Positions 51,610 through 64,000 of a DNA stretch of 64,000 nucleotides are shown piece by piece. A program made the position numbers and the translations under genes. Every line of letters begins with the position of its first letter. Position 1 is the stretch's first letter. A model generated the notes under the pieces. That model ran no database searches. It had not been told where the DNA came from and saw nothing but the letters and a program-made list of their open reading frames with translations. Source of the stretch: Phoronis australis (Eukaryota > Animalia > Phoronida); NCBI GenBank assembly GCA_002633005.1, contig NMRA01000174.1, positions 220,516-284,515 on the forward strand. The letters run 5' to 3'.

Positions 51610-54600
51610 TAAAATGGTTTTGTGATCATAAAAATTCTCCCACAGTTGGCAATTGCAGAACATGGTGACTAACAACCCAACAAACTGCAGAGAGAGATAC
51701 AACTGTTTTCAGGGATTGGTACAGTTTGCTCCATGTAATTACAACCCACTTGTTTTACAATTCAACCACCATAAATTGATTTTCCAAATGAACCAGAGGC
51801 AATAAAATGAACCTCACCCAGGAGTGCATTTCAACAGAAAAGAACTAGAACCATGCATTTCCACGTAACTGGGGTACATTCCATAGAACAGGTTTCCTGC
51901 GAGAAAATTGACATCACGTAAGACCCCGCAAAAACTATGACTTTTTCGTAAGCTCAGGACCAACATAACTTAAGCATAGAAACTAGCAAAGTGGCCACCA
52001 CTGAAGTGATAAGTCCACATGCACAGCCTGCCCTAGAACAACATGCACTCAATAGTGCAACTTGCCTAACTCCTAAGTGGAGCTCCACAGACCCACACAC
52101 ATCACTCTGTGCATGACAATGAACAGCTGATGCGAACACGGCAAACAAAAGAAGACCCCTCTGTTATATAATCACAACTGATAATTACTTCCGCCCTCCC
52201 CCATGTATTCGACCACACACCAATTAGAAGTAGCGCAAGTTACAAGTTACCTTACCTCAATAAGGTGTAGTAAATTGTCATAAGTGAGGTAAATTGTACT
52301 ACCCACGGGAAACTAGGGTGCAAGCTCCTAGCATAGATATCGATGTATCTATTGTTCACTTTACTTTTCTGTCTCATAATAAAGATAATGGTTAAGCATT
52401 TATCGGTAACTGGCTGGTGGAAACCCAAGGTACAATATCCGTGCGACCTGTATTGTTATATCCAATAAAGACATAACAAAGAAAAAAATGGTAGTGTCTC
52501 ATAGGCGATAATCTTGTGATGCGCTTACACCCGACGCGTTGATCTCGCAAGTTAAACAATAGCTTGCGAAATTCATACGTCATCATTAGGCATCCACACA
52601 GCCTCCAAACTTAGCGACAACTCGTTCCAGGAGTACCTTGTTCTAGTGTAAGTCTGTGTGTGGACAACACTGAAGAGCGGGCAGACAGGAGTGTTGAATT
52701 ATGATAAAAACTTCACGGTTTCCGTTCGACAATCAAGGATTTATCGTAATGAGCGACACTATATTCTTAAGGCAATGCTGAGGAAGGTGTCACTTCTTTA
52801 CATTTGAATACATTGAGAGCGGAAAGCGGATGATAAGCATGGAGACTGCAGGTCCAATGGGATTACTTGAATACATGCACTTTGATGACAGGCGCTACCT
52901 AATTATCCAGCAGCTCATTGTGTCTATGGTATCCATGGAGTCTGATGTCAATGTGTGTTCAAACAGTTCAGTAGGAAGAATAATATACCTCTGTATTGTC
53001 TTTCAATAAGCATCACTTTGCCACCTAGCAAGACAACGACTATTCCCTTTTCGCAAACGATATAATCTCACTAATTTTGGACAAAAATTAATTGTAAAAA
53101 TTGATCTTGTTCGTCTTTTGAAAACAAAATCGAAATAACCAAAGTCTCCTAAAACATTGTCTAGTTGTGGTAGTGGCTTTGATACAGAATTTGAATTGAT
53201 TAAGCATTCGTTTCGTGCTTCTTATCTCTTATGAAAAAATTCAAATTTTCTCATCCCAATGTCGTGTCCCATATCTGTGAGATTTTACAGTACTTAACAT
53301 TAAAAAGAACACACAAAATTTACAGTTTTGCCAGCTAGAATATTTCAACACTGTGGATCAAACAATTTAGAGCTGAACTTTAAGCCCAGCCCACTTCAAA
53401 TTTAAAAGACCATAAAACCATTAGCTTGTCAAGCAGATGACAGGCAGAGAAGCACTTGTCCACTCCAGACTACATCCTCAGTTCCAAACTTCCAAACATT
53501 GGACAGGACATGTAACACTTAACATTGACAGCAAAGGCAACTGTTGATTGACCCAATTTCAAATTCCATGTGCAAGACTTTTTAATCACTGTCATTTTGA
53601 GACACAAGACAGAATTATTTGAATATCCTACAGTGGAAATTTGACAGCATGATGGTTGCAGACAATTTATGAAACATGTTGCCATCACCTCACATCCCCA
53701 TTAAAAATAGCTTAGCACTGTATACCAAGTACTCCAGGTCCCTGCTATATTGTCAAAATTAACACCCCTTCTTATTAACCCTAACCACTGCACTGATTGA
53801 CATGGTCATCAAAATAATCTGCAGTCTGGGAACAACACACTGGACAACCACCATTGTTTATTTACAAGGTTCTTTGTAAAAGGAAGACTAAATGGCCATG
53901 AGCCATTCAATGACCCAGGATGTGTTCAGCAGTGTCATTTGTTGGCTGAGTGAGGAAATCAAGAATGCAACACATGTAATACAGGGCATTATCTAGGAAA
54001 ATTTGAATGTTCTCACCAAACTTTAAGAAACTAAACATTCTGAACACACGGAGATACATCAGCAGAAATCACCTTCTGAAAGGAGCAGTGTACGAATGTC
54101 ACGGCTCTTCTGTAGTAATTTGTGAACAAGCTGAAATTATGGCCAAAATCGTGCAAACTACAAGCACTGTGCTTGAGATCGGCGGGTTAAGCTTTATGAG
54201 CAAGTTTGGAAGAGTTGAAAATGTTCCACCAGTCTCGATAGTTTTGCTAAAATTGGGTCAGCAACAAATAAGTGCAGTTTTGAAGAAATTTCTCAGCGCT
54301 TATAGAGCTCATTGGAATCAATTTGACAGATGACTATACTCTTCAAAAAAAATTGGAATATCCCAACAGAATATAAAAGTTAAGATAAAGTCAAAAGAAT
54401 AAGTAAGAAACAAAGTAAGACTAAAACTAACCTTGCTTGCATATGTGATACAGAAAAATAATCTCGTGGCAGACAACAAACATAACCATCTCACAGAAGG
54501 TTTTTTCAAGGCACAGAATCTACAACATTTTCACCGTTACAAAGATGTCAGTACATCAAAAATACTTCTTGGTCAAATAATTTTGGGTACGTCAAGTCAG

Positions 54601-57074
54601 GTGAACTATAAAAGTAGCGGATCAGTTGCCCTAACAAAAATGACTAGGAGTGCAACAGTATAGCTGGTTATCAATCACCAACGCAGGTGACAGGCTGCCA
54701 GCTTTCAAATATAGTAATGTAGCTAGTAAGGTACCTGTTTCCTCAATAATAATGATGGGTAATTAAAACGCCTCCTCAAAGCACATTTTTCCAGCTGTAC
54801 ACTAATGTAAGTTGAGTGTCACACACACAGGCCACCTGAGGACTAAATGTATATCACATGTTCGCACAGCATATCCCTATCAATGGACCAAGGCTTAAAA
54901 GAACTGACTAAATCACTCACAACTCACTACTTCACAGATAACACACTCCAATTGGAAATGGACATAACTTTATTGCAATATTTAATTACCTTTCGCAAGT
55001 ACCATTGCAGTTTCACAATGGCAGCAATATTCACACTTTAAAATCAAAGGCAACAAGTCTCAGGAGATACTCACTGGCCCTTCCCGCCACGCACCAAAGC
55101 CAGCTAGTTACTGTACAGTAATACAGCCACATGTTCACCTTATGCACTGCCTGCGCATCAATGTGACCATGAGTACCTGGCAGAAATCATTTTATAACAT
55201 ACATATTTTCTTCTGCAGGTTGTCCCAAAACTACTGAAAACATTTCAACTTTCAGACTCAACTGGAGGAGCCTGCAACACCGTCTTATTCAAAATCGCAT
55301 GAATCTGAAACACATCACATACCCGCACTCCTGGCCACAAAATGTCTCAGTTGGGACTGAAGGCAAACAAACCGAAACTTTATCTTGAAGCCATGAGCTA
55401 AGGACTAACAACAGGGGCACACCAAGGATAAAGACAGCATACAGAATCATTGACTCATGTCAGATAATAGTATCGTGTTGCCTGGTGGAGCCATAGGGAT
55501 GGAATCCATTGACACATTTGGGGATTGGGTGGAAATTACCTTGCAGAAGTAATAGTCCCTCTTTGTAGTGTCACACAAACTACCAGTCAATCATTTTCAA
55601 ATAAACTATCCCTAAACAGTAGCAGTACAAAACTCCCAGAAGCCACCTGGTGCAGATGGGAAATTGTTCTTCACCAATGTGGACAGTGATAATCACTAGC
55701 ATATTTCCTGTGAGCCACTCAATTACACAACCTGGATATCTTGGGGAAATAGCCAAGATTCCCTTATTAATTTGTGTACCCACTGAACTTCATGCAGATG
55801 GGATCAGATGTAATAATATCAAATGCACTGCACATCTCGTGATGATCCATCGGTGGGTGAGACCTAGGTGAGAATCTCACTATCCTACCATTCTGCTTTG
55901 AACAGAACATTCTGAATACTCAATGTGACTGAAAACTAGCAAACAAAACTTGGAACAGCGGAAATCATTTTTCAGGCTTATTATATCACAACTTTATGCA
56001 TTAGATAACAATTTTTGTATCGGCTTATTTTATATATGCTACTTTGAGTATATACCTATATTGATATTTCCATCGTATATACCATAAGCCTCTGTAATCA
56101 TTAGCTCTTTCATCATGTAAGCATGGCGTGACTGTGTATATGAAAGGTGCACGAAAGTCCTACCCCCATCCCCTTTTACCAATTTATTTACATTTATTGC
56201 TCCTTATATGTTGACTTAATGTATAATTATTGTTTTACTGTCTTGTAAAGGTTAGATCTGAGGCGTCCAACCTCAAACTAGCCTTTCTATGTTGATTGTC
56301 TGGGCAATAAACATATTAAAAAAATTAAAAAACATATTATAATGGCAGGTAATAAATGAAGGTGAACAACAGTATGATGACAACCAATCACACAGACTTT
56401 TTGTCAACTCCATTAGTCATTATTTTCGGTTTACGACGGCGGTTTTCAATATGCTTAAAAAAGATTTAAATTCAAAACACATAACAGGAACAAAGTACAG
56501 GTTCTGATTAGTCAGAGCACAGATAAATATTTCAACACAGGTTGCTCCGCTCATAGGTGCTAATGATAAAAAGAAATAAATAAGGTCGAAACATGATCTC
56601 ACCTTGATGTGTGACCCACTTTCAAGTTTTGGGTGCAGGTATAGGATCAAATACTACAATATATAGGTCACTCATGATGGATAAATCACAATACTAACAC
56701 ATCACTCTGTCCACATGACCATTTTCAGTCTACTGTACGTACCTATGGTCCCAAAACTCAAGATTCTGGCAGTTACTAAATTTACAACGACCATGACGAA
56801 CTGTGATTTAGCAAACCTCCAGTTCAAGTAAAGCCTCATAGAACATCACAACTGCCAATTCTGAACCAGAATTGTGTTGTTGAACTGAGCAGCTAAAGCA
56901 ATCAGAGATTCTTTAAGTGTAGTCCTGTAAAATCAGGAAAGTAAACTTGGCATATGATTTCCATACCATGTACACGAAGGATACTAGAACATATTAAAAG
57001 ATAGTGGCGTTACATCGTTCCACGTGAACATATAAACTCAATAAGAAGCGGTAGGCAATGTGGTATTAGTCACT

Positions 57075-57157
57075 TACAGCAGTCATGTATTTTGAGAACC
57101 AGTTTTCTCCACTCAATAGCACATATCGAACTGGTTCTCAAAATCACAATCCCTATA
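57075..57157. mobile_element. Micro-MITE family B, copy 3
   Basis: ATTTTGAGAACCAGTT...AACTGGTTCTCAAAAT..CCCTATA. Confidence 0.75.
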
Positions 57158-57836
57158 AATGACAATTGCCGGAAATACCATCGGTTCAAACTCATGTCAA
57201 CTACGACTAAAAAACAGACGGACGATTAGCTATCTACAGAAAACAGTATAAAAGACTAAGCAAACACAAGACAGACCAATTAAATGTCTGTTTCCAGAAC
57301 TTATGCCCCACCATAAGACAAATTTATGTACCGCTAAGACAATTCCATTGAAGTTACAATCTTAAAGAATGTGGACACTTCTCACATCCTGGCATCGGCA
57401 AGCAAATCACTACAGAAAGCAAGAATAAATTAAGGTTACAAAACTCCACATGGCAACCAAAAGTGTTTCTGAGACAATCCCCAGCCTGATACCCTAAGTG
57501 TCTCCAGAACAGAGCCTAATCAGCCACACATTCCATGGTTGCATCCATGGATGCCTATACCAGCCCAGGGGGGCAAATTCCAAAATATTAACAGACAAAT
57601 ACCAGTTATGCAACAACCAGGGCAATATGATTAATGGCCCAGTGACCTATCCAGTAAAACCACAAAGGCACTTACCAGTTACACACTTCCTGAAAGAACC
57701 AAGAACAGAACAAGCATCCAGCAAACCTGATAAAAAATTGGAGATTTTCTAATTATCTTACCCATGAGATTTATGGTAGAAATGTGAGTAGACATAAAGC
57801 CAAAAAATTGCAGAGGAATGGTTAAGGAGTTGAAAT

Positions 57837-58004
57837 CTATAGGCTATTTACTAGAGACAAATAAATCAGTGATCTTACCACAGAGATTGATGGTGAAACT
57901 GGCAGAGGCATGAAACCTAAATTTGATGAGAAATGGTTATAAGCAGTGCGGATCTATAGATTATTATTGGAGACAGCTAAATCAGTGATCTTACCACTGA
58001 GATT
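57837..58004. repeat. Local ~118-bp-period duplication
   Basis: ctatag..tatt...gagaca..taaatcagtgatcttaccac.gagatt occurs twice. Confidence 0.7.
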
Positions 58005-61000
58005 TATTAGATTATCTGGCTCCAAAGCACATGCTGCCCAAAGCCAAGCTGGTGAAAGATTTAATCAACACATCCATCAATAATTCAAACAGTAACTGAG
58101 CCCTGCCCATTGGAATGTCATTGCCTAAAAACTGAAGACATACCTGGTATAAGTAATATAGACCCACAGTTTCTCTAAGTCACACTGACAGGTCATTTTT
58201 AAATTAAATTCTACTACTGTACTGCATGAACTCTCAGGTTTAAATGTTAATAAATCACTACAAGGACAGAAAAAATCAGTGAAGACTGGTAGTTTACAAT
58301 ACATGATAACACTTGCACAAACTCCACTTATTCATTTCTCTGAACTCTCACAGTACACCTAGTTCCCTTGTAACACTTGTGATCTCTCAAGCCAGTGTTT
58401 GTGGCAGTGCCAGACCACAATAGTGGCTTGTTTATCAAAAAACAGGAGGCTGTTTTTCTCCAACAGAGTTATTTTGTTGGAGAACAAAAATTAGCCTACC
58501 CGTGAATGAGATAAAGCTCGCAAGCTGTATTACCAGGAATTTTTCTCTGAGTGACATTTTACACGGAAACAAGATTGAACCAGCATGTACCATTTTATCT
58601 ACAACTAAAAGCAAGCCACTTATACGCTAAATGACGCCCGTTAAATGAAATCACACCAAGGCATAATGATGACAAATGGAAAAATTACAATGTGAAACTG
58701 AAACAATGCACGCTCGCTCGTGTCACTTAAAGTGGCTAAAAACCTGTGTTCTGCCCAAGAAGCCAACGTTGGATTTAAATCACCTGCCTCTAAAATTAGC
58801 CTCAACTTGACTCTTGCTCAGATTGGAAATGATTTCAGGGTTTGCAAAGAGCTAACAGGTCATTACCGGTATATTCCTTGCGACCATGCTCACCATACAA
58901 AATGACACGTCACAGCATGGAGAGCCAACTTGTAGAGCCCTAGACTCAAGCAATAACGAACCGCTCACTCCACAAAATGACATGCCATAACATAACGAAC
59001 AGTCCGTTCTGAAATCAACTCAATATATTTGACTAAGGAACAAATTGAGACCAATTTCATAACAGGAAGTAGCCTAAACCAAAATTGGGTTTTTGTGATG
59101 GAAGGCGGATTAAGCATGAACTGATAACAATTGCACTCGGAAAATAAATTAGACAAAGAACAGAATTGAAGGTAAAAGTTATGCACTCCAATTCAAAACG
59201 CAAGTTTTGCAACAATGGCAAATTTTTATAGGAATCACAGCCCCCTACATATCCAACAACCAGGAATACCCAACATGTTCACTTCGTCCTTTTTTGCTTA
59301 CGCCAGTCCAAACATTACACTCAAGGTCACACATTTTTCAATCCTCCGGGTACACAATTTGCTCCACAAAGCTTGAACACTATCGGAGCTCAATAGTTAC
59401 ATTAAGGCTTCTTTCCAAAGAGACCTTTATGTATACTCGCACTTGTACAATGAAACTGTTTTCATATTTCAATGCAGAAATGGATACAGAAGTACCACCC
59501 TGCCAAAGATAGTCAGTGATTTATCAACAAAAGACAGGTGTCGACAGAACTTTTTTAGTCACTTCTACGGTAATTTAGGAAATATTCTGCATTCAGCTGT
59601 AGCATAGTGAGAGTACAAAGCCTCTTTTGCTCAGCCCAGTTTCTAATTCTGCTGAGCAAGGTGGGCCAAGTTGACAGCGACGAAAATATTTTCCTTTATT
59701 CAGGGACATTTTGAGACACATTTGTTTGAATCGCCTGAATATGCCACTGCACAACACATTCCGCTCAGGGTCACAGTTCATCCCGTTAGCACGTTGGGGT
59801 ACCTGTTGGGGTACCTTAGCTACAGATGGCCATTAGAAGTAACAGTATCCTAGATAATGTGTTTCATCTTCCTGTTTGATTTCAAGCAATGATAAGCACT
59901 GAATGGAGTGTGCCTGAGCATTGGCGTATTCCAACTTCTGCATTTTTATCATTAACCGGTACTTAACAAACCGGCACCAGCACTTTAATTGACCTATCCT
60001 TATGAAGCGAGGTCAGTGCCTGAGCAAAATGAGAGGCAATTTTACAAAATGACGGAGGCAAAGGAAAATATCCTACTGCATTAAATCCACCAACTAACCT
60101 ATAACCATCTAGCGACAAGGAGAATTTCATCATGTCGAAGCTATATCATAAAAGGGCTATTGGATCATGTGCGGTCCACTTGTGAATGGGGTTGCCATGT
60201 GTGCTTTCTACGTGAATATGCAAATCATGGGCTTGAATGAACTAACAGTATTTTGTAAAACAAATTGGAAAATGTCCACTTTGACAAATTTTGGATCCAA
60301 GAAAGTGCAGCCAAATGTCTATTCTAAAAAGAGCATGAGTCCCATAAAATTACCTAAGAAGAGGTGAATATCACACAGTAATTTCAACTGTGACTAAACT
60401 ACACGGCAATTTATATCTAATGCCCCATTTGCTAAATTGACAGAACTTTAAGTAATGTCCCAACTATTTTTCATGCCTCTGCACGACTAACCTTCAACAA
60501 ACCGGGTGGCAGCCAGGAAAACCATCGCAAGACGTGAAGTTTTAACACCATGAATTACATCCAAGGAGAACAAGGAGAGCACAGAATACTTCAAACAAAC
60601 GTTCCCTGGGAATTGGTGCAGCTCCAGAGCAACACCCAAACCAAATATTTTTCAACAAGGCAGTCTGCATTGTCAGTAAACATTCCATTATTGATCAAGA
60701 GTAGGTACAACAAAAGTTCCTGCCAAACAGTTTTAGTCACTGAAAAGGCAATACATGGCTATTTGTGATAACATCAAAATATAAATATGCCTTGTGCAGG
60801 AAAATACTTGGGATACATATGGTCTCCACCTTGAATGAAGGTCATACCCACTGAACCCTGAGTTACATAACACAAGACCATGAAATGGAGTGTAGAAGTT
60901 CTCCACCAAGTTACACCAGAGGACTGTGGAAAGCCAAAATAGACAAAAATACTTACCAATAAAGTCCAAAACAAGAATTTTCAAATCTCGTTTTAATACA

Positions 61001-61399
61001 AAATGAAATTACTAGGATTTCCTTTTCACTTCAGAAATTACAGCAAAAATGTACAACAAAAAAAATTGCAAAAATAAATTTCAAATGCTAGGAAAACGTA
61101 GCCATGAAAATGACAGTCATCCAGTTGAAGCAAGATGGCAGAGCCTGTTGGCAAAGAATTCTCGTTTTAACTCCCAAATCAACAAAACCAGTTCACTACA
61201 CCTACAGTCAAAACCTACAAATGGAATTGCAAATTACTTACTGTTGAAGTTCTATCTACGCACATCCATTTTTCGTAAATGCCAGACTTTCTGAACCCTC
61301 TCTGTACACTCAGATTTACTGCAAAAAAAGTTGCACACGAAAATCCAGAGCATGTAGACAGGGCTTTACATGAATAGGAGACTCACACATATTGATAAG

Positions 61400-61592
61400 C
61401 AGTGGCGGATCTAGGATACCATAAGGGAGGGGCCCAACAAGTTACCTCGGGGAATTGGGCAAAACGCGGTTGTATGTGTACAGGTGTCCCGAAACTTGCG
61501 TGGGGCGGGAGTATGAACCTTGTGTTCGGAAACTCTATCAACTAAAAAATACAACGGGAACGCGACGCGATCTGGGTCCCCCTTCTCCACTA
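61400..61592. mobile_element. Possible degenerate hAT-like MITE
   Basis: Starts CAGTGGCGGATCTAGG; GC-rich interior; right terminus only weakly recognisable. Confidence 0.3.
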
Positions 61593-62082
61593 TCGGTCCT
61601 AGTTATATTTCCTCACGCTTCATGCTATTGCTGTTTCACTATGATATGCCCTGATAAACATGACCAACTAGTCCTCATCTTTCCATATTCTGTCTTCTAC
61701 CTATCATGCGAATAGATGCACGACAAAAGTACAGGAATAGTCATTTTGAGGAGGTCCTACGATCAGGATGTCATAACTAAAGCTCTCATTAGCCAAGATG
61801 AAATAGAAAGCGATGACCAATCCAACACCCTTGAAAAGACAGAACTTAGCTGCTTACCAGTGTGGGACCATATATAAATTTTGGACATTACCGGTATTTT
61901 CCATGAACTATTACGGATTCCTTTATAATTTCTTACTATATAAAATTTGGCATCAAGGGAAAGTATACGAAAGTGTAGCATTCAGGAAGATGGACCTTGT
62001 GCTCAATATGGTAAGTCCTGAAGGCCTGTACCACTGGCTCTGAAGCTTCCATGTTGTCAAAGGTTCGGTCAATGAGAACACT

Positions 62083-62300
62083 TAACTTCGGTCTTGAATC
62101 GAAGTTAACAGCTTAAGTTGACTCCAAAGTAAAGAGGTGGATTTAACAGCTAAGCACTGAGTCTCCCTTACAGTGGGAACACTTAACTTCAATGCTATGG
62201 AGTTATTAGCTCGGGTCACTGCCTGCGTTTACCAACAGCAGGTAGTTACTAGTTACTATTTGTTAATATTTTGTTCCAATAATTATTATTTTGCCGCTAG
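62083..62300 (-). mobile_element. Old diverged fragment of MITE family A
   Basis: ttaacttcggtcttgaatcgaagttaacagc...aggtggattt matches the reverse complement of 8935-8998. Confidence 0.6.
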
Positions 62301-62726
62301 AAGCATTCTGCTTCAATTTAACCACGTATTTGCTGGATTCTTTACAGTAAAAGAATCACCAACGTGTAGTATATATGCAAAACGAAGTCCCAACATGCCA
62401 TAACACCTTTGTTTGGATCAGGTGTTAGTCTGCCCAAGAGTCAAATTTTTTAATGTTATTTTCTAGTACATCTTCATTGTCCCATCATGGCATCTGCTGA
62501 ATGACTTGTGAAGTTGACGTTATAGTTTCCTATCAGGGGAGAGAGAGATCCTGGCCATTTTCGATGGCAAGCCCTGTCAACAACAACAAGGCCATATGAC
62601 CAAAGGTCATATTAACACCGCCTTGAGACAAGTTCGCTGAACTATAATTCTGAAGCTGATGGGCACTGACGTTCAACTTTGCCATAACAACAGTTGACAT
62701 CAAAGCTTTGATAGTAGCGAATTAAA

Positions 62727-63152
62727 AGGGCCTTTCATACCAACGTCGCAGTTAAAAGCTCCAGTTAACATCGCAGTTAACAGGTGGATTTAATAGCGCA
62801 ATGGGAGCAGTATGAATGCTTAACTTCGGTCCAGTCGAAGTTATCGCCAGGTGCCACTGCTATCGTCAACAGATACAAGGTAGTGCCATCACTAACAGCT
62901 GCTTATATTTTGCTCTAATAATAACCAGTCGATTTGAAAATATATTTAATGTCACTTAGCACATGTAAATTTTTCCAAATTGAAACATTGAAAAAATTTT
63001 AGCGTGCAACGCTACCTTGCGATAACTTCGATGACGACAGCGGCACCAACCGCTTACTTCGATGTTCATTAACTACGGAAGCCACTGTGAACGGTCCAAT
63101 TAACTGCGCTGTTTACGTGGACGCTGGGCTCAGACTGTATGGGAAAGGGCCT
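62727..63152 (-). mobile_element. MITE family A, copy 3 (inverted, internal deletions)
   Basis: AGGGCCTTTCATAC ... GAAAGGGCCT ends; interior is a close reverse complement of 51130-51525. Confidence 0.85.
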
Positions 63153-64000
63153 TTGAACACCAGCACCATTCAGAATGGTCCTCATCTCCACAGTTCAGCC
63201 TAAGCTAAGATAACAGGCACACTTTTGTCCCAGCCTCCAAGGTAATTACTTTGACCCTTTTTAAATAATAGCAGGCAGGATGAAAGAACTTAACCTTTGT
63301 GAGCAGACAAGCAGACTGGCCTAAAGAATACAGTGATACAATCAAAGGCTTTATGACCAGCTATTAGGTAAAGATAGGAGTCAATAAAGGCCAAGACTAT
63401 TTAAATTACTAGTAGGGGAAATAAATGGGACACATTACAATCAGGGAAAAATCTCAAAGTCTGTTTGTTGTAAGACATGTTGTACTTTAAATTTCAATGT
63501 TAGAACAAAAAGACTTACATGTAACATCAAGATGAACACAGGCATAAAATTCTGCTTAAAACGATCCTAATCTTGAAACCAAAGAATACTTCAAGGTCAA
63601 TGTCCTACTTGCAGAGAAGACTGATGTACACCGTGAGTGAATTGCAAAACCAACAAGCTTGCCACTTGAGAAATGATTTCCTCTTTGCAGCATTTCTTGA
63701 TGATAAAAGAGCCCTTTGATTACTCACTTAACTTATGTGTTGTTGAAACTGCAAAGTTAGTTGAAGCTTTTTGTGGTTAACTACAATTGATGTGAGGCCA
63801 GCGAGGGAACGAAGTTATCACAAAACAGTGCCCCAAAAACAATTTGAAGGAATCATATAAATATATGGTGAAATAATAAATGAAATGAAGTGCTTCTAGT
63901 GGCGAAGTAGTGGATATTTGAGAAAAAGGTGTCAAATAATGTCACATGTGCCCTTATTGACAGCGACACCTGCCAATAACTCAGTGACACCACATTTTAT

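Overview
AT-rich animal genomic DNA, probably a marine invertebrate such as a mollusc (inferred from repeat types). It is not prokaryotic: there is no CRISPR array or operon. The one intact protein-coding gene is a BTBD7 orthologue on the minus strand. It has 7 coding exons from 37651 to 27223, all with GT-AG introns and consistent phase, giving a 3171-nt CDS (1056 aa). Its 5'UTR exon(s) lie further right or outside the window. Its disordered C-terminal tail carries ten copies of a PD[VIL][ATS] motif. Upstream of the first coding exon is a frameshifted RTE-clade LINE (41981-45174) with an 11-bp target-site duplication and a highly structured 5' leader. The rest is a mosaic of non-autonomous elements: a ~0.5-kb Harbinger-like MITE family (4 copies), an ~80-bp hairpin micro-MITE (3 copies), and a tRNA-remnant-bearing element ending in a ~165-nt palindrome (2 copies, one with a nested MITE). 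There are also Helentron-like repeats with periodic CTCF-like motifs and a decayed THAP-domain ORF. Two tandem duplications (1.7 kb and 1.4 kb) start exactly at single-N gaps and are probably haplotype assembly artefacts. All alignments and folds were done by eye; no searches were run.
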